From Eledone cirrhosa (Eukaryota): DNA of 64,000 bases. The notes beneath the pieces are model-generated. The model saw only the letters and a program-made list of their open reading frames with translations. It was not told the DNA's origin and did not search any database. A program made the translations under genes and the position numbers. Below are positions 12,043-27,373 of this stretch, one piece after another. The stretch is from contig OZ024750.1 of the NCBI GenBank assembly GCA_964016885.1, positions 40,486,001 through 40,550,000 on the forward strand, given 5' to 3'. Position 1 is the stretch's first letter. Each line of letters starts with the position of its first letter.

Positions 12043-12671
12043 CTGAAGTTGGAAACAAACGAGATTTTAACCCTTAACATCTTCTAATCATTTAGTAGAA
12101 AATATCTAAAAACGCGACGAATTTTGTGGTCTAGTGGTAAGACATGGATCTAGGGAACACCGTGGCTGGCTTTCGAATTCATTTATTAGAATTTTATCTA
12201 ATAACTGTTTCTACGTTAGGCACAAGGCCAGCAATCACCCAGTGTATTACTGGTACTTTATTTTATCGAACCCGTAAGGATGAAAGGCAAAGTTAACCTC
12301 GGCGGGATTTGAACTCAGAATTTTATCTAATAATGAATTATATCTTCTAATAAATGTGACAAATTGGCAGAGTCGTTAGAAAGTCAGATAGAATACTTTG
12401 TGGATTTCGTTTCGGCTCTCTGCCCTCTCAGTTCAAATCTCGCCGAGGTCAACTTTATCTTTCATCTATACGAGGTCGATAAAAAAAGTATCAGTCTAGT
12501 ACTGGGGTCGACTCTTCCTCTATATCTCTTTCTCGCTTGTCTCTCAGTCTCTGTCCTTCTTTAGAAGAAATCTGCTGTATTCAGACATGGTGAAGGATGG
12601 GCTCCGTCAGCTATAAGATGCCCAAGAAACATTTGTTAATTTAAATGTCTATATTATCTTCTCTACTTATA

Positions 12672-12860
12672 TGGCGGTGGATTGGCAGTATCGGTAGAGG
12701 ATCGGACGCCATGCTTTCCAGCATAGTTACGTCCCTTTACGATCTGAGTTTAAATCCCGCCGAGGTTGACTTTGCCTTTCATCCTTACGGGGTCGATAAA
12801 ATAAAGTACCAGTAATGCACTGGGTAATTGCTGGCTTTGTGCCTAAAGTAGAAACAATTA
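12672..12860 (+). mobile_element. Full-length tRNA-derived SINE with Meta-like central domain, with target-site duplication
   Basis: A box tggcagtatcgg, B box gtttaaatcc, gcctttcatccttacggggtcgataaaataaagtacc, tail agtagaaacaatta. TSD ttatcttctctact. More than 20 full or partial copies occur in the window (e.g. 4326, 12200, 13040, 15360, 17010, 38310-39560, 40632, 44595, 45285, 48255, 50318-50640, 51838, 56332, 60749, 61438). Confidence 0.88.
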
Positions 12861-13562
12861 TCTTCTCTACTGGACAGATTGTTGTGAAAATATGCAGTAT
12901 TACTTCTCAATACTCTCTAATAATTTAGCAAAAATATCTTTTAAAAATGAGTTTATTAATTCAAATGTTTATAGTATGTTTACAGATCGTTATGAAAATT
13001 TGCAGTAAAGATTTTAAGTGTATTGTGATGTCTTCAGTGTTGACGCATAGTTACGGCCCTTTCCGTTCTGAGTTCAAATCCCGCCGAGGTTGACTTTGCC
13101 TTTCATCCTTACGGGGTCGATAAAATAAAGTACCAGTAATGCACTAGGTAATTGCTGGCCTTGTGCCAAAAGTAGAAACAATTATTTTACTCCAGTTAGC
13201 CCTTGTTGAGAATACCTTTAAACAAATACCTTTAAACAAAGGCATTCCATCCGTGACTCTCCCGTGTTTTTTTTTGTTTTAATGTATTGTGTATCTAGGG
13301 GTACATTATATGATCTGTTTTTCATTTTTAAGACAGCCGGCTGTCATTTGAGGGAGATATAGAAGTTACTTCTAACGGTTTGAGTGACTGCGTAGCGAAT
13401 CATTCCGTTGGCTCGAAGCATCCCTTTTGTTTTTGTGTCGCCATTTTGTTTTTTGTCTAGCGTATGGCGCCATTTTCATATCCTTTTTAAAGTATAGCAA
13501 ATGAGATGTGACATAGTTTGAAATAGATTGAAAGATTGTGTCTCATATACAATATATATTTA

Positions 13563-13598
<36 letters not shown>

Positions 13599-14261
13599 TA
13601 TATATATATATATACTATATATATATATATATACTATATATATATATATATACTATATATATACTATATATATACATAATATTATACTATATCGTTTATG
13701 AATTCATAATTTTGGTTTTATATTTTATGTAATTTTTAACATTTTATTTTTAAAATCTTCCCTCCGAATATATTATTGACCTGAATATTTAATAATTAGT
13801 CAGTTTACATACACACACGGACGCACGTACGCACCTCACATATCCGAGAGAAAAGAGTACTCAACACCGAAATAGGGTTTAACACTTTAACATTTACATT
13901 ACTCTATATTTACTATTGTATTTTCACTGTAAACACTTTATTTCCCATAATTATCTCACATAATATCGAATCTATGAGATTTTGATATCATTCATTTTGA
14001 GAACAATACCTTAACATAAGTATGAGTGGCCTGTTACAGTTGGTTTGATCAGAAAGAGGTTTTTTTTATTCTGGCCGGATATGGCCGGTTTAAATGCTAA
14101 AGGGTTAAATATGAAAAGTCTTGGCCGACTACAATGTACTGAGTGCGCATGGGAAATCCTAGAGTAACAAGACTCACAGCTTAGCCATAAACACACGCAC
14201 ACACACCCACGCACACACACAACGCACACAGTAGACCAGCCACCGGATGCCGAAACCTGGC

Positions 14262-14470
14262 ACGTGGCTGAGCGGTTAGAGAATTGGATTCGCAATCGTG
14301 AGGTTGTGAGTTCGATTCCCGAACCGAGCGATGCGTTGAGGCCTTGGTCAAGACACTTTATTTCACGTTGCTCCTTTTACCTGGAGTTGAGACCGATAGA
14401 TAGTATTAGCAATTGGAAAGACCAATGGAAACACTGTTTCCTCTGTCCGATTTGACGAAAGTCGATCGAC
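14262..14470 (+). mobile_element. tRNA-derived CORE-like SINE
   Basis: tggctgagcgg / gttcgattcc boxes and ccttggtcaagacacttt. A close copy lies at 44913-45125 and a related head at 47875-48215. Confidence 0.78.
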
Positions 14471-14502
<32 letters not shown>

Positions 14503-14505
<3 letters not shown>

Positions 14506-14757
14506 CGAAGGAAATGTGGTAAGGAACCAGGTGGAGCATAACGCACCAAAGTACTCAATACTTAGCGTAGTAGAGTGGGTAATAGGAACGAGTAGGACCC
14601 CGACGGCTGAGCTCAAGCCGTTTCGACGGCTAGTTCTAGACTAAATGAAAATTTTTATCCAGATAAAATTTTTTATCTGGATAAAAATTTTCATTTAGTC
14701 CAGAACTAGCCGCCGAAACGGCTTGAGCTCAGCCGTTGGGGTCCTACTCGTTCCTAT
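14503..14757. mobile_element. Palindromic (TA)n-flanked mini-element (family with GAAAC-hairpin-GTC)
   Basis: Inverted arms ataggaacgagtaggaccccgacggctgagctcaagccgtttcg.... Copies at 43090-43285 and 62240-62433, relatives at 43305-43445, 44795-44840 and 55430-55560. Confidence 0.82.
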
Positions 14758-14825
14758 ATATATATATATATATATATAATGTGTGTGTGTGTAATCATTC
14801 TATTTCTATATTTAAAGATACATAC

Positions 14826-14960
14826 GAGTGTTGGGTGTATCCTTCCATATTCCATTGACACAAACCTTAAGAAGGTTTTTCTCTAAGTCATACGCCACAT
14901 TTCCCATATCTTTCCAAGTACAACTTCCATCTTCCAGACTTTGAGGTTTGTTCCATATCC
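14826..14960 (-). CDS. TSPEAR: TSPEAR coding exon 4, Cys-containing linker (GIWNKPQSLEDGSCTWKDMGNVAYDLEKNLLKVCVNGIWKDTPNT)
   Basis: caacag| acceptor, C|gtatg donor. 135 nt, phase 1 to 1. The C...D...L.C.NG.W pattern matches the TSPEAR linker. Confidence 0.82.
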
Positions 14961-15117
14961 CTGTTGATCAAACAAACGTTACAGATTATTGAAGAACAAA
15001 TCAGAAATCCCTGTTTTAAAGTAGAGACGTCCTTTGCTTTAATTTTAATTTTATCAAATAAACAACAACAAAAAATATTTTACTAATTCTTCGAATCATA
15101 ACATTTCCATATTTTAC

Positions 15118-15223
15118 CTGAGGAAACCAAGGTATTGTCACTGCCAGCAGCTATTCGATTTTGTGGACAGGCTAAACTACTTGCATCTGTTCCAGGTAAA
15201 AATAGGAGTTCTTTGAGAAGACC
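15118..15223 (-). CDS. TSPEAR: TSPEAR coding exon 3 (GLLKELLFLPGTDASSLACPQNRIAAGSDNTLVSS)
   Basis: gttttag| acceptor, G|gtaaaa donor. 106 nt, phase 0 to 1. Completes the LamG domain (FQ|GLLKELLFLPG...CP). Confidence 0.88.
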
Positions 15224-15621
15224 CTAAAACAAAGTTAGAAACATATCAATTCTATACGAACTAAATCTAAAGGATGACATTCTATAAACTCACAAATACA
15301 AATATATATATGGATCTACCAACTCATAATATTATAATATTATATTATAACATTAAATCGGGTCGATAAAATAAAGTACCAGTAATGTACTGGGTAATTG
15401 CTAGCCTTGTGCCTAAAGTAGAAACAATTATATTATAACATTAAATCACAAATTTTTTAACACTACAAGTGAAGTCATTCTTTTCCTTTTTTTCAAATAT
15501 ATATATATACAGGTTTAATTATATTAGAATCAACGTCAGTCCAATCAAAGAAAATTCCAAATCGTAGCAAACCGCCAGAAACCGTTCCTGCTTCTATGAT
15601 ACAGATTCATTTGTTTTAAAC

Positions 15622-15967
15622 CAGCGGTCGCCAACCAGTGGTCCCAGGAACACTGGTGGTCCGAGAAAAAATTATGGTGGTCCGCAGAAAAATTTGGACA
15701 TTATTTGCAATTTTTGTTTTATTAATAATAAAACAAAAATAATATTTGGGTAAAATATATTTTATAACACCCCTAAAAATGTTTCTCCTCAGTAAAGAAC
15801 TAACTTCCATGAAAGACTTTTCCACATATATATCATCTATTGACAATATGACACACGTACACTTCAGTATTGTTTCGACCATTGGTCGTTAGTTCATATT
15901 AGTGGTCTGCAGGATTTAAAATTATGAATTTAGTGATCTGTGAGGTCGGAAAAGTTGGCGACCACTG
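15622..15967. mobile_element. hAT (Charlie-like) MITE
   Basis: Terminal inverted repeats cagcggtcgccaac ... gttggcgaccactg. TSD not clean. Confidence 0.7.
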
Positions 15968-16346
15968 TGTTGTTTTAAAGTGTTCATATTTAAATTTCTA
16001 TCATCATTTTATGTAAGAAATTTTTGTTATGTTCTAAATACCAGCTTAAAATGAAAGTTCGATGTATTACTAAATCACTAAAAATTCTTGATTATTAACA
16101 AAGTCAATCGAAAAACCTCGGCAATGCATTTCATTAGAAATAAAAGGGAGAGGGACCTTAACTCCTGATAGAGACGTAGTGGTGCCCTCCTGACACACGG
16201 TGTGTTTGGAGCTTTTCAGAGCAGGGGCAGCTCATTCCTCTTCTGCTGATCTGAACACAGGCGATTTCTTCCATATATATACATATATATATATATAGAG
16301 AGAGAGAGAGCAAAGAATGTATATATAGCATTTAGTATATAATTAC

Positions 16347-16939
16347 CTGGAAAGGTGTGGTTTTCTTTGAACATTCTCCAAGATGGAAGACAGCATCAGT
16401 AATTTTCATGAAAGCTGGAAAAGTTCTTTTGATCCGTCGTTTCTGTTGATCGATACAATCAAGAACCAAATGTGTATTGTTTTGACTGACACTCACCCCG
16501 GCACTGTGCCACCGAGACCGCATTAGTTTCACATCAAAGAATTTCTTTCTTGTACGGTTATATGTAAACATCACATAATGGTTGGATATTTCTAAAGATA
16601 TTAAGTTAGCACCAGTTTTGTTATTTCTAAGAGAAAAAATACACTGAACACGTTTGTCGTCCTTATCATGGCTGTCCCAGTCAGCACCAGCACCACCATT
16701 ACTACCAATTCTTATATTGCCATCGGGTTCATACTTGAAGGTAAAGAAAAATGAGAATTCTTCGGGAAAATACGGACATTTGGTAAATATTTCTTCGGCA
16801 CTAAAACTTAGTGGTTTTCGTATGTGAGACATCATAAAAGCCCCGACCTGGCTCTCTACATCAAATATATGTCGGATTCCTGAGCTGATATTTTTACTGG
16901 CATCAATGGCGATCTCAAGGAGATTAACAGGATGAAGAT
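16347..16939 (-). CDS. TSPEAR: TSPEAR coding exon 2, laminin G / TSPN domain
   Basis: ORF 16332..16958 trimmed to ctctag| acceptor and CAG|gtaatt donor. Motifs CPYFPEEFSFFFT, RWHSAGVSV, HLVLDC are typical of TSPN/LamG. 593 nt, phase 1 to 0. Confidence 0.93.
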
Positions 16940-17223
16940 CTAGAGTGGAACAACACAAACATTAGAACATTCGAGAATTTGAAATAAAGAGAACATTTAG
17001 ATGTAAATAATTGTTTCTACTTTTTGGCACAAGACCAGCAATTATCCCAGTACATTACTGGTACTTTATTTTATCGACCCCGTAAGGATGAAAGGCAAAG
17101 TTAACCTCGGCGGGAATTAGATGTAAATAATGGTTTCTTTATTAACCACAAGGGTTTACATAAAGAATTGATTACATAATGAACTGATTAAGCACTAAAC
17201 TTGTCTGTTTGTTTTATTTGTTC

Positions 17224-17316
<93 letters not shown>

Positions 17317-17465
17317 GACTTTGTGGCTCATCCAATATGATGAAAGCCTATTACAAAAGAACAAGAACTCTCATCACCTCATCTCAGTGGAATTATTACT
17401 TCTGGATTACTTGGAGTTCTAGCAACGGTATTGGTCCAACAATAGATTGGTAGATACCTATATAC

Positions 17466-17503
<38 letters not shown>

Positions 17504-17719
17504 ATAAAGACTTAATAGGAATTAGAAACTAAAAAATTTTTCCCATCTGCCTTGCTCAGTCCACTTCTCAACAAGGAAGATGGGAAAACAACTTACTCCA
17601 ACACATTTTAGATCTTTAATTTTTAGTTTTTAATTCCTATTAATTCTTTTTAATTGTAATACTCAACATTTGATAAGATGAATTTTAATAATACATCGAA
17701 ACCGGTAATATTTTATATG

Positions 17720-17771
<52 letters not shown>

Positions 17772-18056
17772 ATAATAATAAATTTGAAGACTTCTTTTAT
17801 ACCATAAACGTGGTTCTGTCTTTGCGTGTAATTGTTTTTCACCGCTCCTATTAATGACGTATTATATTCGTTTTTTCCCGTTCTTTGCCAAGGAACGTTT
17901 CCACGAACCAAAGTATCGTCTTCCTGTCTTCCTCCGGTTGCAACGTTTTTTGAAATATCCACTTCTGCGTTTACAGATTGACTTTGTTAGTTTCAGAAGA
18001 TCCCGTTAAGGGTGAAAGCCGCGATTCTTTGCTTAAACTTTAATCTGTTATTTTAA

Positions 18057-18099
<43 letters not shown>

Positions 18100-18344
18100 C
18101 TGATGGTAGCTAAGATGCTTCCATAGGCGGTATGCCAGTTGAGCACTCTATGCTCTTACAGAGCAGAGTATGATATAATAGAAAATGAGAGAATATGCTC
18201 CGAAATCATTAGACGTGTTCGTCGAACCTGCGGGTCCAGAATCAGACAGATCCACACAATGATCGCGTCTCGAGCTGTCCGCCGGCGAAACAATTGTAAC
18301 ACACAATAAATTGAGTTCAGATGTATCACTGATTTTTCGTTTTC

Positions 18345-18393
<49 letters not shown>

Positions 18394-18774
18394 AATAGAA
18401 GTTTAGTAAAATCGAAGCTTTGGCTGTGGCCAAGCTAACGGCCCACAATTAGGAATGTACAGCAAAGCACTCGATAAGGTTGTGTCACCTTAGAGTAATA
18501 ACATACGTTAGTTAGCTTGACAAATTGAAAACTGCGGCAGGTGAGCCTAGCCACATGAAACCAAAGCAACGAAAAAACCAATCAGGTATTATGTGTGTGT
18601 GTGTGTGCTCTACTACATTAAAAGAAATTGTGAAATTAACATACAAGTGACTGAACATTTCACAGACACGTGTATCCTTAACGTAGTTCTCAGGGAGATT
18701 CAGTTTGACACAGTGTCACAATGTTTGACAGAGCTGGCCTTTTGAACCACAGGTACAAATCAGTAGACTGTTTG

Positions 18775-19860
18775 CAACGTGAAATAAATTGTCTTGTTTA
18801 AGGACACAAGGTCGGGAATGGAAAGGTGAAATAAAATGTCTTGTTTAAGGACGCAAGGTTGGGAATGGAAGGTGAAATAAATTGTCTTGTTTAAGAGCAC
18901 AAGGTTGGGAGTGGAAGGTGAAATAAAATGTCTTGTTTAAGAGCACAAGGTTGGGAGTGGAAGGTGAAATAAATTGTCTTGTTTAAGAGCACAAGGTTGG
19001 GAGTGGAAGGTGAAATAAATTGTCTTGTTTAAGGACACAACGCAAGGTCAGGAATGGAAAGGTGAAATAAAATGTCTTGTTTAAGGACACAACGCAAGGT
19101 CAGGAATGGAAAGGTGAAATAAAATGTCTTGTTTAAGGACGCAAGGTTGGGAATGGAAGGTGAAATAAATTGTCTTGTTTAAGAGCACAAGGTTGGGAGT
19201 GGAAGGTGAAATAAAATGTCTTGTTTAAGAGCACAAGGTTGGGAGTGGAAGGTGAAATAAATTGTCTTGTTTAAGAGCACAAGGTTGGGAGTGGAAGGTG
19301 AAATAAATTGTCTTGTTTAAGGACACAACGCAAGGTCAGGAATGGAAAGGTGAAATAAAATGTCTTGTTTAAGGACACAACGCAAGGTCAGGAATGGAAA
19401 GGTGAAATAAAATGTCTTGTTTAAGGACGCAAGGTTGGGAATGGAAGGTGAAATAAATTGTCTTGTTTAAGAGCACAAGGTTGGGAGTGGAAGGTGAAAT
19501 AAAATGTCTTGTTTAAGAGCACAAGGTTGGGAGTGGAAGGTGAAATAAATTGTCTTGTTTAAGAGCACAAGGTTGGGAGTGGAAGGTGAAATAAATTGTC
19601 TTGTTTAAGGACACAACGCAAGGTCAGGAATGGAAAGGTGAAATAAAATGTCTTGTTTAAGGACACAACGCAAGGTCAGGAATGGAAAGGTGAAATAAAA
19701 TGTCTTGTTTAAGGACGCAAAGTTGGGAATGGAAGGTGAAATAAATTGTCTTGTTTAAGGACGCAACGCAAGGTCGGGATTCGAACTCACCATATTTCGA
19801 GCCGGGGGGTGTAAGATCACAAGATCACGACCCTAACCACGACGCCACGCGTTTTCACTG
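18775..19860 (-). repeat. Minisatellite (46/52-bp monomers, 288-bp higher-order repeat) amplified inside a CORE-like SINE
   Basis: Monomer ggtgaaataaattgtcttgtttaagagcacaaggttgggagtggaa. The SINE head resumes at 19775-19860 (gggattcgaactc...ctaaccac). Confidence 0.88.
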
Positions 19861-20599
19861 CCCATAATTAAGTAATTTGTTGAATGTCATTTAAGTGAAA
19901 GCAGCACATTAGCTGTGATACAATGAGAGACCCTCTAATATAATGTTGGTTATTGGACAGTAAGAGAGGAGTTTAAATAGATACACTTGGTTGACTAATG
20001 TAACTACCTAGGGATTTTTCTCACAAGCACGCTATCACGAACATGCGTCTACACGACCCTGTGTGTGTATGTGTGTTTGTAAGTGTGTGTATGTGGGTAT
20101 ATGTGGGTATATGTATGTGTGTATGTGTGTGTGTGTGTGTGTGATGCAGTCTCTCTCTCTTTCTTCTACTCTCTTTCTCTCACTCTCTCTCAATATATAT
20201 ATAATATATAATTATATATATATATATGTATATTTGTTTGTATTTATTTATTATGTTTATATATATATATATATATAATATATGTAATATATATATATCA
20301 TATATATATGTATATATATCATATATATATGTATATATATAATATATATATATTATATATATATAATATATATATATTATATATATATAATATATATATA
20401 TTATATATATATAATATATATATGTAATATATATATATCATATATATATGTATATATATCATATATATATATGTATATATATAATATATATATATAATAT
20501 ATATATAATATATATATAATATATATATAATATATATATAATATATATATAATATATATATATAATATATATATATAATATATATATATAATATATATA

Positions 20600-20875
20600 G
20601 TAATAATAATAAAATTGAAGACTAAAATCCAAAGAGGGCTCGATAAGGAAAATATATATCAAATATATAAGAACCGTAGAGCAAATATTTATTAAAATAA
20701 CAGATTAAAGTTTAAGCAAAGAATCGCTGCTTTCACCCTTAACGGGATCTTCTGAAACTAACAAAGTAACTAACAAACTAACAAAAGAGATTGACTTTGT
20801 TAGTTTCAGAAGATCCCGTTAAGGGTGAAAGCAGCGATTCTTTGCTTAAAATTTAATCTGTTATTTTAATAAATA
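20600..20875. mobile_element. Palindromic (TA)n-flanked mini-element (cagaagatcccgttaagggtgaaa family)
   Basis: Arms at about 20686-20768 and 20794-20873. Other copies at 10537-10615, 17975-18060, 40540-40627 and 42090-42212. Confidence 0.82.
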
Positions 20876-21395
20876 TAATATATATATATAATATATATAT
20901 ATATATAATATATATATATATGTATATATAAAGAATTAGTATATCTACCAACATATATATACAGATGCATACCTATGCTAGCAATAGGTTTTGTCAATAT
21001 AGGTTTTGTCTTAGTAACTTTGTGGTTCAATGCAAGGGGATGCAGAACAATTATATGAAAATTAAATGGCTCGGCTACTGTCTTTTTAACACCCCACTCC
21101 TCACTAATTAACCTCGATGTCACGTGATTGATTCTTTTGAATTTGCCACCGACCAAGTAGGCAGTGATTTTTTCAATGTCTTGGAATTTAGTCCTCGCTT
21201 GCTTTTTTCCATCCACTGAATTATTTTTGTATAAGTTCCCTGTGTCCACGCATCGCCTGAACAGACTTCCTGATGACGAAACGGCTTCTCCATGCTTTCC
21301 ATTTGGAAACCATGTTTATTCCCTTTCAGAAACTAATTAGTGAAATTTTAGTAAGTAAGTTAATTATTATAATTTTCTTATTTTACGTCTTTCCT

Positions 21396-23946
<2,551 letters not shown>

Positions 23947-24174
23947 GAATAAAAATAGACCGAGAAACAGGAATGTCCTTCATTAGTAACCTGCTGATTA
24001 TCGTTGGTATTTCTTCGCATCAATATATATATATATATAATGTGTGCATGTATGTATGTATGAATAATATATATCGTTGGTATTTCTTCGCATCAATATA
24101 TATATATATAATGTGTGCATGTATGTATGTATGAATAATATATATCTCTCTCTATATATATACACACACACACC

Positions 24175-24219
<45 letters not shown>

Positions 24220-24366
24220 GTGGTACAACATGGATATTTCTATTGCATGCTCTAATTAGTTTATACGTCAACCTCAATGCAATACATATATACATGAATA
24301 TAATACATGTATGTGTACGTGTGTTTTGTGTGTGTGTCGTTGTGTTCATGTACGGTATGTAAGTTC

Positions 24367-24404
<38 letters not shown>

Positions 24405-24657
24405 TTTACCTTATGGTGTTTACAAAGTGTAGAAAAATGGTGAGTTCCCAGCCTGTCTTGTGTTGTTTTTTATGAGTCTCTCCCCCTCTCTCTCTCTCTA
24501 TACAATATATTATTAAATGGAAACTATATTTATAAAACCATATTTATTTTATTATACATATTTCAAGGGCAACCAAGGCAAATTATGGTGCGCTTTCATC
24601 AGATAAAATACAGATTTGTTTTATAAATAAATTTTTAAGCTTGTTTAACCTCTACAT

Positions 24658-24691
<34 letters not shown>

Positions 24692-25230
24692 TTCGTTTCT
24701 GAATTTGTTTAGCAAGATTCTTTATCTGAAATCGTGTGTTGAAACCGATATTGTTATACTTTGGGAGGGTCATGTTGCCAATAAGAAACACACGCACCAG
24801 TTGCTTTCACTTCAATTTAATTTATTATACATTTATAAATTTACAAATTTATAAATCTATAAATTTCTGGTTGGTTGGTTGGTTCCACAACCAGATAGTT
24901 GTTTATATATATAGTCATAGTTCTTTCGTCACACACTCTGTGACCTCTTCAGTGACTGGGGATTTCTTTCTTCGTTTCCGTAGGATAGAAGAAAGGAAAG
25001 GCACAGAAACGAAGAAAGAAATCCCCAGTCACTGAAGAGGTCACAGAGTGTGTGACGAAAGAACTATGACTATATATATATAAACAACTATCTGGTTGTG
25101 GAACCAACCAACCAACCAGAAATTTATAGATTTATAAATTTGTAAATTTATAAATGTATAATAAATTAAATTGAAGTGAAAGCAACTGGTGCGTGTGTTT
25201 CTTATTGGCAACATGACCCTCCCAAAGTAT

Positions 25231-25238
<8 letters not shown>
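24692..25238. mobile_element. Large palindromic mini-element with hammerhead in each arm
   Basis: Arms about 24748-24980 and 25005-25237. Single-arm copy at 58741-59060, partial copy at 46483-46568. Confidence 0.85.
25027..25071 (+). ncRNA. Minimal type I hammerhead ribozyme
   Basis: AGTCA-CTGAAGA-g-GTCAC-agagtgt-GTGAC-GAAA-G-aa-C-TA-TGACT. Helix I AGTCA/TGACT, 5-bp helix II, short helix III, CUA triplet. Mirror copy at 24913-24957 (-). Confidence 0.8.
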
Positions 25239-25274
<36 letters not shown>

Positions 25275-25747
25275 GAGAGAGAGAGAGGTAGTTGAAGAAT
25301 AGACAAAACAAACACAGATACAAAAGCACTATTAATTCAGAGGAAGAAGTAAATGAGGGTTTCGACGCGCCTGGCATGTCCTTCACGTCGATAATCAGTT
25401 AATTCAACCTGGATTGGACACTAAATGACAGGTAACAGCCCCACCCGGATATTTCTATTTGACCCTACCACACTATCTCTGCTAATTTCTAATATTAATA
25501 TGAGACTTCAACATGAAGGGAACAAACGATCAAGTCGATGTCTGTATATGATTGCTGCTTATTTCGTGCTCCGAGGTTAGCTTTGCCTTTCTTCCTTACG
25601 AGGTCGATAAAATAAAGTACCAGTAATTCACCGGGGTATAATTAATCGACCCCCCCCCCCCCATGGCCTTGTGTCCAAATCAGAAACTATTTTATTCACT
25701 CAGGATGTAGGAAAGGAAACACAAGCTTTGTCAGAATTTGAACCTCT

Positions 25748-27373
25748 GAACTAATCACAGTTTTAACCAATAAATTACAGACTAACTATAACCACAGAAC
25801 TAATCACAGTTTTAACCAATAAATTACAGACTAACTATAACCACAGAACTAATCACAGTTTTAACCAATAAACTACAGACTATCTATAACCACAGAACTA
25901 ATCACAGTTTTAACCAATAAACTACAGACTAACTATAACCTCAGAACTAATCACAGTTTTAACCAATAAACTACAGACTAACTATAACCTCAGAACTAAT
26001 CACAGTTTTAACCAATAAACTACAGACTAACTATAACCTCAGAACTAATCACAGTTTTAACCAATAAACTACAGACTAACTATAACCTCAGAACTAATCA
26101 CAGTTTTAACCAATAAACTACAGACTAACTATAACCACAGAACTAATCACAGTTTTAACCTATAACCTCAGTTTTAACCAATAGTTTTAACCAATAAACT
26201 ACAGACTAACTATAACCACAGAACTAATCACAGTTTTAACCAATAAACTACAGACTAACTATAACCACAGAACTAATCACAGTTTTAACCAATAAACTAC
26301 AGACTAACTATAACCTCAGAACTAATCACAGTTTTAACCAATAAACTACAGACTAACTATAACCTTAGAACTAATCACAGTTTTAACAAATAAACTACAG
26401 ACTAACTATAATCTCAGAACTAATCACAGTTTTAACCAATAAACTACAGACTAACTATAACCTCAGAACTAATCACAGTTTTAACCAATAAACTACAGAC
26501 TAACTATAACCTCAGAACTAATCACAGTTTTAACCAATAAACTACAGACTAACTATAACCTCAGTTTTAACCAATAAACTACAGACTAACTATAACCTCA
26601 GTTTTAACCAATAGTTTTAACCAATAAACTACAGACTAACTATAACCACAGAACTAATCACAGTTTTAACCAATAAACTACAGACTAACTATAACCTCAG
26701 AACTAATCACAGTTTTAACCAATAAACTACAGACTAACTATAACCACAGAACTAATCAGTTTTAACCAATAAACTACAGACGAACTATAACCTCAGTTTT
26801 AACCAATAGTTTTAACCAATAAACTACAGACTAACTATAACCTCAGAACTAATCACAGTTTTAACCAATAAACTACAGACTAACTATAACCACAGAACTA
26901 ATCACAGTTTTAACCAATAAACTACTGACTAACTATAACCACAGAACTAATCACAGTTTTAACCAATAACCTACAGACTAACTATAACCTCAGAACTAAT
27001 CACAGTTTTAACCAATAAACTACAGACTAACTATAACCTCAGTTTTAACCAATAGTTTTAACCAATAAACTACAGACTAACTATAATCTCAGAACTAATC
27101 ACAGTTTTAACCAATAAGCTACAGACTAACTATAACCTCAGTTTTAACCAATAGTTTTAACCAATAAACTACATACTAACTATAACCTCAGTTTTAACCA
27201 ATAGTTTTAACCAATAAACTACAGACTAACTATAATCTCAGAACTAATCACAGTTTTAACCAATAAGCTACAGACTAACTATAACCTCAGTTTTAACCAA
27301 TAGTTTTAACCAATAAGCTACAGACTAACTATAACCTCAGTTTTAACCAATAGTTTTAACCAATAAACTACAG
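25748..27373. repeat. 49-bp tandem satellite
   Basis: Unit agaactaatcacagttttaaccaataaactacagactaactataacctc, about 30+ copies, with deletion variants toward the right end. Confidence 0.95.

Noticed and set aside
15001-15045. Alternative acceptor for exon 4 at aaag|caaag
   Set aside because: No pyrimidine tract. The acceptor at 14961 gives a phase-compatible, homologous reading.
25748-27373. Possible CRISPR or coding repeat
   Set aside because: Head-to-tail 49-bp satellite with no unique spacers and no ORF.
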